DNA of 64,000 nucleotides from an uncultured bacterium (lineage in GTDB: Bacteria > Krumholzibacteriota > Krumholzibacteriia > LZORAL124-64-63). The notes beneath the pieces were generated by a model, which had not been told where the DNA came from, did no database searches, and worked only from the letters and a program-made list of their open reading frames with translations. The position numbers and the translations under genes were made by a program. The stretch lies in the NCBI GenBank assembly GCA_963732385.1, contig CAVSZB010000007.1, positions 384,001-448,000 of the forward strand. The letters run 5' to 3'. Of this stretch, positions 28,335 to 39,283 are shown in pieces (position 1 is the first letter of the stretch; every line of letters starts with the position of its first letter).

Positions 28335-28881
28335 CCCCGTCCGACTCCTCGCCGCCGCGCAGCACCGTGACGCGGTCGTTGCTGTAGATACAGATCTCCC
28401 CCGCCACCAGGAGGGCCTCGCGGCAGATCGTCGCGGCCGGCAGATCCGTGTGGGCGCAGAGCGCGCGACTCGCCGCGAGGGCGTAGCCGGCCCCGCTGCC
28501 GATCGCGGCGGCGTGGCCATCGGCTTCGAGCACGTCGCCCCCGCCCGACACCGTGAGGATGACCTCCTGGTTCACGAGCAGCAGCATGGCATCGAGCCGA
28601 CGCAGCACGCGGTCCTGCCGCCATTCGCGCGCCATCTCGACGGCGGCGCGGCGCAGGTGCCCGTGGTAGCGTTCGAGGTGCCCCTCGAACTTCTCGAACA
28701 GGGTCAGCGCGTCGGCCGCGCCGCCGGCGAAACCGGCCAGCACCCCGCCGCCCGAGAGCCGCCGCACCTTGACCGCGCCGTGCTTGACGGCGATCTCGCC
28801 CAGGGTGACCTGGCCATCGCTGCCGATCGCCCAGCCGTCGCCACGGCGCACCGCCAGCACCGTCGTCGAGCGCAGTCGCAT
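28312..28881 (-). CDS. hslV: ATP-dependent protease subunit HslV
   Basis: STTVLAV, DGQVTLG, GFAG..ADALTLFEKFE, AIGSG, EICIYSN. Confidence 0.95.
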   Translation of the reverse strand: MRLRSTTVLAVRRGDGWAIGSDGQVTLGEIAVKHGAVKVRRLSGGGVLAGFAGGAADALTLFEKFEGHLERYHGHLRRAAVEMAREWRQDRVLRRLDAMLLLVNQEVILTVSGGGDVLEADGHAAAIGSGAGYALAASRALCAHTDLPAATICREALLVAGEICIYSNDRVTVLRGGEESDGDDDAPAA

Positions 28882-28912
28882 GCCGCCTGCCTCCCCCGCA
28901 CCGCCGCCGCGC

Positions 28913-29863
28913 TCAGCGGGCCCGCGGATGCGCTTTGCTGAACGCCTCGCGCAGCCGCTCGCGCGAGAGGTGGGTGTAGATCTGCGTCGTGGACAGGTGG
29001 GCGTGCCCAAGCAATTCCTGCACGAGACGAATGCCCACGCAGCCGTCGAGCAGGTGCGTGGCGAAGGAGTGCCTCAGGGTGTGCGGGGAGATCCCCGTCG
29101 TGCCCGCCAGGCGCTCCGCATAGTGAGTCACCCGCACCTGCACCGTCCGCCGTCCGATGCGCCGGCCGGGACGCCCCTCGAACACCGGTCGCTTCAGCGC
29201 CGCCGCCGGCAGTGCGCCGTCGCGCAGCGCGATCCAGGTCACCGCGTCGAGGCGGTCCTCGAGGTAGGCGTTGAGCGTCTCCGCCGGCCAGCCGGTCAGC
29301 GGCAGCAGCCGCTCCTTGCCCCCCTTGCCCAGCACGCGCACCCTTTCGCCCGGCAGGTCAAGGTCGCGCAGATCGAGTCCGACCACCTCGGCCAGCCGCA
29401 GGCCCAGACCGTAGATCAGCTCCAGCAGCGCGCGGTCGCGCCGGCCGCGCGCGGTGCCGGTATCGGGCAGTTCCATCAGCTCGGCGGCGTGCGCGGCGGT
29501 CAGGTCGCGCGGCAGCCGCCGCTCGCGCCCGCCGGTGCCTCGCGCCAGCGTGTCGGGCGCCTCCGTCACAGCCCCGGTGAGCAGCAGCCAGCGCGTGAGC
29601 GCCCGGATTCCGGCGAGGTGCCGCGCGATCGTGGCGCGGCTGCGCCCCGCCTGGCGCAGCGCCGCGAGGTGGTCGCGGACCAGGCTGCGGCGCCCGGCGA
29701 GCGCGCGCCAGTCGGGCGCCGACTCACCGTCCCACACGCCGTCGGCGCGCGCCGCCGCCAACAGCGCCGAGACATCCCGCCCGTAGGCCTCCACGGTGCG
29801 CGGACTCGCGCCGAGCTCATGGGCCAGGTGATCGAGAAACGGCTGCAGGTGCTCCGTCAGCAT
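28913..29863 (-). CDS. xerC: Tyrosine recombinase XerC
   Basis: SPRTVEAYGRD, GLRLAE, GKGGKER, HTLRHSFATHLL, LGHAHLSTTQIYTH; classic topA-trmFO-xerC-hslVU order. Confidence 0.88.
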   Translation of the reverse strand: MLTEHLQPFLDHLAHELGASPRTVEAYGRDVSALLAAARADGVWDGESAPDWRALAGRRSLVRDHLAALRQAGRSRATIARHLAGIRALTRWLLLTGAVTEAPDTLARGTGGRERRLPRDLTAAHAAELMELPDTGTARGRRDRALLELIYGLGLRLAEVVGLDLRDLDLPGERVRVLGKGGKERLLPLTGWPAETLNAYLEDRLDAVTWIALRDGALPAAALKRPVFEGRPGRRIGRRTVQVRVTHYAERLAGTTGISPHTLRHSFATHLLDGCVGIRLVQELLGHAHLSTTQIYTHLSRERLREAFSKAHPRAR

Positions 29864-29887
29864 GGCGGCTCCGGGACGGGAGAACCG

Positions 29888-29916
29888 AATGTATCATCCG
29901 GCGCCGGGCCCGGCAA
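29888..29916 (-). promoter_or_regulatory. Putative sigma70-type promoter for xerC-hslVU
   Basis: TTGCCG-N17-TACATT with an extended TG, overlapping the trmFO 3' end. Confidence 0.5.
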
Positions 29917-31255
29917 GCAGCCGGGCGCACGCCGGTTGCGCCAGGAAAACCTCGAGCGCGGCCAGCGAGCGCGCGGCCCGGGCGAGGTTGCGCGCCTCGC
30001 GCGAGCGGGGCGGCGCCGGCAACGTCGGCAGCAGGCCGAAGTTCGCGTTCATCGGCGAGAGCCGCGGCGCGGTGGCATCGTACAGGAAGTCGAACAGCAG
30101 CGCGCCCAGGAGAGTTTCCCGCGGCCACGAGGGCAGCGTCTCGCCACGCAGGTCAGCGGCGGCCAGCCAGGCGGTGACCAGACCGGAGGCGATCGATTCG
30201 ACGTATCCCTCCACGCCGGTCACCTGGCCGGCGAAGCGGATGTCGGGCCGGGCCGGCAGCGCGAAGCCGGCGGCGAGGGCGCGCGGCGTGTCGAGATAGA
30301 AGTTGCGGTGGAGCTGGCCGTAGCGGACGAACTCCGCCGACTCGAGGCCGGGAATCAGCCGGAACACCCGCCCCTGCTCGCCCCATTTGAGACGGGTCTG
30401 GAAACCGACCAGGCCGTAGAGCGTCGCTTCGCGGTTCTCCTGCCGCAACTGCACCACGGCGAACGGACGGCGCCCGGTGAGAGGGTCGCGCAGGCCCACC
30501 GGCCGCAGCGGTCCGAAGGCGAGCGTGTCGGGACCCGACGCGGCGATTTCCTCGATCGGCTGGCAGCCCTGGAACAGTTCGCCACGGTCGAAAGCGTGCA
30601 TCTCCGCCCGCTCCGCGCCCATCAGCGCGGCGTGGAAGGCGCGATAGGCCGGTTCGTCGAAGGCAGCGTTCAGGTAGTCGGCTTCGCCCCGGTCGTAGCG
30701 GGCGGCGCGGTAGAGACGCTTCTCGTCGAGCGATTCGCGCGTCACGGTCGGGGCGATGGCGTCGAAGAAATGCAGCCCCTCATGCCCCGACAGCCGCTCC
30801 ACTTCGGCGAGCAGCGCGGGCGAGGTGAGCGGGCCGGTGGCGACGATCCAGGCGGCGGCCGCGCCGGCCGGCAGCGCGGTGACTTCTCCGCGCGCGAGCG
30901 TGATCAGCGGCTCGGCGGCCAGCAGCGCCTCAACCTCCGCCGAGAACGCTTCCCGGTCGACGGCTAGCGCGGCGCCGGCCGGCACGGCCGCCCGCCGGGC
31001 GGCGCCCAGGAGCCGGCAGCCGAGGCGGTCCAGCTCCGCCTTGAGCAGGCCCGAAGCGGTGGCCGGGGCGAGACTCTTGAGGGAATTGCTGCAGACGATC
31101 TCGGCCAGCTGGCCGGTGCGGTGCGCCGGGGTCGGGCAGTCGGGGCGCATCTCGTGCAAAACCACCGGCAGGCCCAGGCGTGCCAGCTGCAGCGCAGCCT
31201 CACAGCCGGCCAGACCGCCCCCAACGACGTGGACGGCGCTGGCGCGCGGGCTCAC
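29894..31255 (-). CDS. trmFO: Folate/FAD-dependent tRNA (uracil-54) methyltransferase
   Basis: GGGLAGCEAA, EMRP, AEIVCSNS, ATGPLTS, FFDAIAP, VGFQTRL, AGQVTGVEGYVES. Confidence 0.95.
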   Translation of the reverse strand: MSPRASAVHVVGGGLAGCEAALQLARLGLPVVLHEMRPDCPTPAHRTGQLAEIVCSNSLKSLAPATASGLLKAELDRLGCRLLGAARRAAVPAGAALAVDREAFSAEVEALLAAEPLITLARGEVTALPAGAAAAWIVATGPLTSPALLAEVERLSGHEGLHFFDAIAPTVTRESLDEKRLYRAARYDRGEADYLNAAFDEPAYRAFHAALMGAERAEMHAFDRGELFQGCQPIEEIAASGPDTLAFGPLRPVGLRDPLTGRRPFAVVQLRQENREATLYGLVGFQTRLKWGEQGRVFRLIPGLESAEFVRYGQLHRNFYLDTPRALAAGFALPARPDIRFAGQVTGVEGYVESIASGLVTAWLAAADLRGETLPSWPRETLLGALLFDFLYDATAPRLSPMNANFGLLPTLPAPPRSREARNLARAARSLAALEVFLAQPACARLLAGPGAG

Positions 31256-31261
31256 AGGCGG

Positions 31262-33457
31262 CTACTCCAGCGCCTCGGCCTTGCAGACCGGGCAGGCAAG
31301 GTAGCGCCCTTTCGCCTGGCTGTACTTCTGCACGAGGTACGGATTGGCGCAGGCTTCGCAGGCGCGCGCCACCGGGCGGTTCCAGGAGACGAAGTCGCAG
31401 GCCGGATACTTCGTGCAACCGTAGAACGTCTTGCCGCGCTTGCTCCGCCGCTCGGCCAGATCGCCGCCGCATTTGGGGCACGGCACGCCCAGGGGGATCG
31501 GCCGGGTGTGCTTGCAGTCGGGGTAGCCGGTGCAGGCGATGAACGCGCCGAAACGCCCGGAGCGCACCTGCAGCGGCTTGCCGCAGTCGGGACAAGGCTC
31601 CTCGATCAGGTGCACCTCGTCCGGCAGTGGCTGGGCGTGCCGGCACTCCGGGTACTTCGGGCAGGCGATGAACTTGCCGTTGCTGCCCCACTTCTCGACC
31701 AGCAGGGTGCCGCACTTGGGGCAGGGGATGTCGGTGGTCAGGACGATGCGCTCGCGCAGCTTTTCCCGCCCCCGCTCCATGTCGTCGAGTTCCGCCCGGA
31801 ACGGTTCGTAGAACTCGCGCACCACCCGCTGCCAAGGCACCTCACCCGACTCGATGCGGTCGAGTTCGTCCTCCATGGTGGCGGTGAACTCGACCGCGAA
31901 CAGGTGCGGCAGCGCTTCGCCAAGCACGCCCCACACCTCGCGCCCGAGCCGCGTCGGCGTGAACTGACGGTTCTCGCCGTCGACGTAGCCGCGATCGAGC
32001 AGCGTGGAGATGATGGCGGCATAGGTGCTTGGCCGGCCGATCCCGCTCGCCTCCAGTTCGCGCACGAGCGAAGCGTCGCGATAGCGGGGCGGCGGCTGGG
32101 TGAAATGCTGCTTCGGCTCGACGACCACCAGCCGCGCCGGCTCCCCCGCCTCGACAGCCGGCAGTTCCGGGTCGCGGCTGTGCTCCGGATCGGGCAGCGC
32201 CCGCAGGAATCCGGGAAACGCGATCACCGAGCCGGAGGCGCGGAACCCGAGTCCGTCGCCGGCCAGATTGATGGTGGTCTGGTTGAGCAACGCGTCGGGC
32301 ATCTGGCTGGCCACCGTGCGCTGCCACACGAGCTGGTAGAGGCGCAGCAGGTCGCGGGGCAGCAGCGACTCGAGGCTTTCGGGCGTGCGGGCGAACGCGG
32401 TCGGTCGGATCGCCTCGTGGGCGTCCTGCGCCTTCTTGCCTGCCTTGTAGACCCTTCCGCCGGGGATCTGGTAGGCGGCGCCGAAGGTCTCCCCGATGAC
32501 CTGCTGCACTTCGGTCAACGCGTCATCCGAGAGCCGCACCGAATCGGTGCGCATGTAGGTGATGAGGCCGACCGGACCTTCGTCGCCCAGCTCCACCCCT
32601 TCGTACAGCGCCTGCGCCAGAGCCATGGTCTTCTTGGCCGAGAAGCCGTGCCGGCCCGCCGCCTCCTGCTGCAGCGTGCTGGTGATGAACGGGGGGCGCG
32701 GGGAACGCTTCCGCTCGCGGCGCACCACCTCCTGCACCTTGAAGGCCGCGCCGCGCGCACGCGCCGCCACTTCCGCGGCGACCGTCTCGTCCGCGAGGTG
32801 GGGCCGCGCGCCGTCGAGCGCAACCAGTTCCGCGTCGAGCGACGACTGCCCGTCGGGCCCCACCGCGAACTGGCCGTGGATCGTCCAGTACTCCTGCCGG
32901 ACGAACGCCTCGATCTCGGCCTCGCGTTCGCAGACCAGTCGCAGCGCGACGCTCTGCACCCGGCCGGCCGACAGCCCCTTGTAGAACAGGCTCCACAGTT
33001 GCGGGCTGACGAGGTACCCCACGAGCCGGTCGAGGATGCGCCGCGCCTGCTGCGCGTTCACCTGACGCTCGTCGATCACGCCCGGTTCGGACACGGCGCG
33101 GGTGATCGCGGTTTTGGTGATCTCGTTGAAGATGATCCGGTGGATCGGTTTTCCCGCGCCGGCGAGATGGTTGCCGATATGCCACGCGATCGCTTCGCCT
33201 TCGCGGTCAAGATCGGTGGCGAGCAGGATTTCGTCGCTCTTCTTCGCGGCGTCGAGCAGCTCCTTGAGGACCTTGTTCTTGCCGCGGATGACCACATACT
33301 CCGGGGCGAAATCGTGTTCGAGGTCGACTCCCAGCTTGGTCTTGGGCAGGTCGATGACGTGGCCCACCGAGGCCTTCACAGTAAAGCCCTTGCCCAGGTA
33401 TTTCTGGATGGTCTTCGCTTTGGCGGGACTTTCGACGATCAGCAGCGTGTGATTCAT
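31262..33457 (-). CDS. topA: DNA topoisomerase I with C-terminal zinc ribbons
   Basis: IVESPAKAKTI, ATDLDREGEAI, SAGRVQS, ITYMRTDS, GIGRPSTY, repeated CPxCG...C..YP.C. Confidence 0.97.
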   Translation of the reverse strand: MNHTLLIVESPAKAKTIQKYLGKGFTVKASVGHVIDLPKTKLGVDLEHDFAPEYVVIRGKNKVLKELLDAAKKSDEILLATDLDREGEAIAWHIGNHLAGAGKPIHRIIFNEITKTAITRAVSEPGVIDERQVNAQQARRILDRLVGYLVSPQLWSLFYKGLSAGRVQSVALRLVCEREAEIEAFVRQEYWTIHGQFAVGPDGQSSLDAELVALDGARPHLADETVAAEVAARARGAAFKVQEVVRRERKRSPRPPFITSTLQQEAAGRHGFSAKKTMALAQALYEGVELGDEGPVGLITYMRTDSVRLSDDALTEVQQVIGETFGAAYQIPGGRVYKAGKKAQDAHEAIRPTAFARTPESLESLLPRDLLRLYQLVWQRTVASQMPDALLNQTTINLAGDGLGFRASGSVIAFPGFLRALPDPEHSRDPELPAVEAGEPARLVVVEPKQHFTQPPPRYRDASLVRELEASGIGRPSTYAAIISTLLDRGYVDGENRQFTPTRLGREVWGVLGEALPHLFAVEFTATMEDELDRIESGEVPWQRVVREFYEPFRAELDDMERGREKLRERIVLTTDIPCPKCGTLLVEKWGSNGKFIACPKYPECRHAQPLPDEVHLIEEPCPDCGKPLQVRSGRFGAFIACTGYPDCKHTRPIPLGVPCPKCGGDLAERRSKRGKTFYGCTKYPACDFVSWNRPVARACEACANPYLVQKYSQAKGRYLACPVCKAEALE

Positions 33458-33520
33458 GATTTTACATCCGGCCCCGCCGCGGTCCGCGACGGTAGCCATC
33501 CTCCCGGCTGGTGGCGCGGC

Positions 33521-33549
33521 ACCCTAGCACAGAGGCCGGGGCGCCGCAA
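33521..33549 (-). promoter_or_regulatory. Putative sigma70-type promoter for topA
   Basis: TTGCGG-N17-TAGGGT with an extended TG, in the secA-topA gap. Confidence 0.4.
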
Positions 33550-33560
33550 GCGGGGGCGCG

Positions 33561-36620
<3,060 letters not shown>

Positions 36621-36750
36621 GGGCGCAAACCTCCGGTTCGCGGGACGGGAGGGCAGGAGGGTATTCGCAAAAACAGGTCTCACCCGTCCGGCCGGGATGA
36701 GACCCCCTGGGACAAGACGTCTGCGGAGCAGGCGCCCAGGATGACCGAGA

Positions 36751-36780
36751 AAGTTAACGGTCGCGGGGGCCGGGTGTCAA
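36751..36780 (-). promoter_or_regulatory. Putative sigma70-type promoter for secA
   Basis: TTGACA-N18-TAACTT; the -35 box overlaps the upstream stop codon. Confidence 0.55.
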
Positions 36781-37511
36781 CGGTTGATCAGGTCGCGCAG
36801 GCTGGCCAGCAGCCCGGAACGCCGCGGATGCGCGGCGCGACCGGTCCCCTGGCGGGCGAGCGGCTGCAGCGGATCGATGCGCAGTGCGTCGTTGTAGAAG
36901 CGCTCCGCGAGCTTGTCCAGGCCGGCCGTTTCGTATACGAAAGCCAGCCGCGCCTGATAGGTGGCGTTGTACGGCTCGCTCTCAGCGGCGCGGCGGCACA
37001 GGTCGCGCGCCTTGTGCAGGTTTTCCCCACCGGCAGCCATGGCGTAGCCGGCCAGCGACAGGTAGGCGGGATTGTCGCTTTCCAGGCGCATGATCGCCAT
37101 CATGACCCGCGCCGCGGCCTCGAACCGGCCCTCCTCGACGAGCTGTTCCGCCTTCATGAAGGCACGACCGGCCTCCTTGCTGCCGACGGCCGGCGCGGCG
37201 GTGGCGCTTGCCTCGCGCGGCGCCTCCGGCTGCCCGCGAGGCTCAACTGTAGCCTCGGCCACCGAGGAACCGACGTGCTCCTGTCGGTGAAGATCGAGAT
37301 CGTAGACCTGGCGCTTGGCCTGATCGGTGAGAGTCGTATAGGCGCGGTTGATCTCGATGAACTTCTCCGTGTCCTCCGACCGCTGGTCCTGCCGCCGCAG
37401 GTCGGGATGGTAGATCTTGGCTAAACGGAAATAGGCGGCGCGGATGGCGTCTTCCGTCGCTTCCGGCGACACCTGCAGGATCTCGTAGAACGACAGGTCC
37501 GCCACCGTCAC
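36777..37511 (-). CDS. J-domain (DnaJ-like) plus TPR protein
   Basis: FYEILQV...IRAAYFRLAKIYHPD...FIEINRAYTTL.D..KR..YD, followed by TPR-like helices. Start at 37511 or 37505. Confidence 0.85.
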   Translation of the reverse strand: MTVADLSFYEILQVSPEATEDAIRAAYFRLAKIYHPDLRRQDQRSEDTEKFIEINRAYTTLTDQAKRQVYDLDLHRQEHVGSSVAEATVEPRGQPEAPREASATAAPAVGSKEAGRAFMKAEQLVEEGRFEAAARVMMAIMRLESDNPAYLSLAGYAMAAGGENLHKARDLCRRAAESEPYNATYQARLAFVYETAGLDKLAERFYNDALRIDPLQPLARQGTGRAAHPRRSGLLASLRDLINR

Positions 37512-38431
37512 GCCTCCGTGAGCGCCGCGAGTTCCCGAAGCGCGTTGAGCACGAGCGGGTTGCACGGCTCCAGCTCCTCGGCCAGTCGTAGTTCCGTCTC
37601 CGCTTCGCGGTAGCGCCCCGCTTCAAGCAGCGAGACGCCCAGGTTGATGCGCGCCTTCGCCAGGCGCGGGTTGAGTTCGAGCGCGTGGCGGAACTCCAGA
37701 ACGGCGTCGTCGAGCATGCCGGCGTTCCCGTAGGCGAGCCCCAGCAGGTGATGAAGGTCGGCGTACTGGCCGTGCTGCTCCAGCAGGCCGGCCAACAGCG
37801 AAATCGCCAGGCCGTTGTCCCGCCTGTGGATCGCCTCCAGAGCCTGGGCCTTGCGCAACGCCAGCTCGTCCGGTTCGGCCTGACTGAACGTTTCCACGGC
37901 AGCGCTCATGGCAATGAGATCGCCCTCGCGGCAGCGCCGCACCAGCTCGCCCGCCTGTTCCCGGAGCAGCGGCGGGCACTGCTGTTGGAAGGTCATCAAC
38001 GCGTCGGCGGCGCCCGGTGCATCGCCCATGGCCAGCCGGGCGCGCACGAGGTTGAGACGGGCCTTGTAGAAACGCGCATTGCGGGCGAGCGCGTCGGTGA
38101 AGGCGGTGACAGCCTCGGGCAGTCTTCCGCTCCGCATCTGCGCTTCGCCCAGCTTGTTGTGGATGTCCGCGTACTCGGGATGCAGCTCCAGCGCCTCTTC
38201 GAACAGGGCGATGGCGTTCAGCGGCTGCTCCCCCTCCAGGGCTCGTTCCCCCGCCTGGACGCACGATTCGCAGAGGTGGAATTCGGCCCGCTCGCGGTAC
38301 CGTCCGGCCGGCTGGCCCAGGTAGGCGCGGAAGGCGCGGCGCGCGGTTTCATAGTCGCCGGAATTGTAGGCGCGCAGTCCCTCGGCAAAGGGGCCGCCCG
38401 GCAGGAAGCGCAGCAACTGACGCAGGAACAT
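37508..38431 (-). CDS. Tetratricopeptide repeat protein
   Basis: Repeated ALELHPEYADIHNKLG / YADLHHLLGLAY / ALELNPRLAKARINLG units. Confidence 0.88.
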   Translation of the reverse strand: MFLRQLLRFLPGGPFAEGLRAYNSGDYETARRAFRAYLGQPAGRYRERAEFHLCESCVQAGERALEGEQPLNAIALFEEALELHPEYADIHNKLGEAQMRSGRLPEAVTAFTDALARNARFYKARLNLVRARLAMGDAPGAADALMTFQQQCPPLLREQAGELVRRCREGDLIAMSAAVETFSQAEPDELALRKAQALEAIHRRDNGLAISLLAGLLEQHGQYADLHHLLGLAYGNAGMLDDAVLEFRHALELNPRLAKARINLGVSLLEAGRYREAETELRLAEELEPCNPLVLNALRELAALTEA

Positions 38432-38467
38432 GAGCCTCGTATCTCCGGCGCCTGGCCCGGAGGAGGC

Positions 38468-39220
38468 TTACCTCGTCCAGGGCAGGAGCAGTTGAATGAT
38501 ACCGGCCGTGGCGAGGGGCATCGTCAGGTTGTCCCACCGCCCCGGTGTCCACCGCTCGAGAAGCGCCGCGGCCAGACCACCGGCGATCACCAGTCGCAGG
38601 TCCGGTCCCATGGCCAGAAGGACCATCGTCATCGAGACGATCAGGCAGCCGAGCGTCCCTGCCAGGGTCTTGCGCCCCCGGCGCATGACCACCGGCGCCC
38701 GGTTCGGCTCCCGGCGCAACTTGCGCGCGAAGCGCCAATGGGTCCACGACTGTCCCACCAGTGCCGCGGCCGAATCTCCCCAGGCCAGGCAAAGAATGCC
38801 GGCCGTGGCGGGCCGGGGCGCGAACAGGGCCGATGTCAGGGTCACGCCGAGCATCATGACCGAAGCGCCCGAAAGGGCGTGGCGCTCGTCCCGCCGGAAG
38901 ACGAATGGGAACCGGCGGTAGACCCAGAGCGCCCAGCGACGCGAACCCAGCCGTGCCCAATCCACGGCCAGCACGAAAACAGTTGCAAGGGCCAGGCCAG
39001 ACGTGGCGAGTGGCTCACTGAGCAGGTAGGTCCAGAAGGCGAGCAGGGTGGAACTGAGGTGGATCCCCTTGCGGTCCCACTCCACATGCTGCCGCCAGGA
39101 GTTCCGTGTCGAATGAAGTGGCTGCGGGACAACGGGTTTCACCGCATCCGCCGACCCGGGGCGGGAATTTCCAGGCGGCGGTGCATTGCCGTGTCCATCA
39201 GGTGAGGGGGCACTCAGCAT
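38468..39220 (-). CDS. Phytol/dolichol kinase-like (CTP_transf_1) membrane protein
   Basis: RKGIHL, RRDE...LSGA, LAWGDSAAALVG, KTLAGT, DNLTMP; several TM helices. Start uncertain. Confidence 0.8.
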   Translation of the reverse strand: MLSAPSPDGHGNAPPPGNSRPGSADAVKPVVPQPLHSTRNSWRQHVEWDRKGIHLSSTLLAFWTYLLSEPLATSGLALATVFVLAVDWARLGSRRWALWVYRRFPFVFRRDERHALSGASVMMLGVTLTSALFAPRPATAGILCLAWGDSAAALVGQSWTHWRFARKLRREPNRAPVVMRRGRKTLAGTLGCLIVSMTMVLLAMGPDLRLVIAGGLAAALLERWTPGRWDNLTMPLATAGIIQLLLPWTR

Positions 39221-39283
39221 TCCCAGTTCATCCCCATCGTTGCAGAAGATACCCCACTCCGCCCGTCAGTGGCGCAAAATGCG

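Noticed and set aside
19133..29863. Two tyrosine recombinases as a possible integrated element
   Set aside because: Both have XerC/XerD size and motifs and sit in housekeeping contexts. There are no att repeats, cargo genes or compositional shift.
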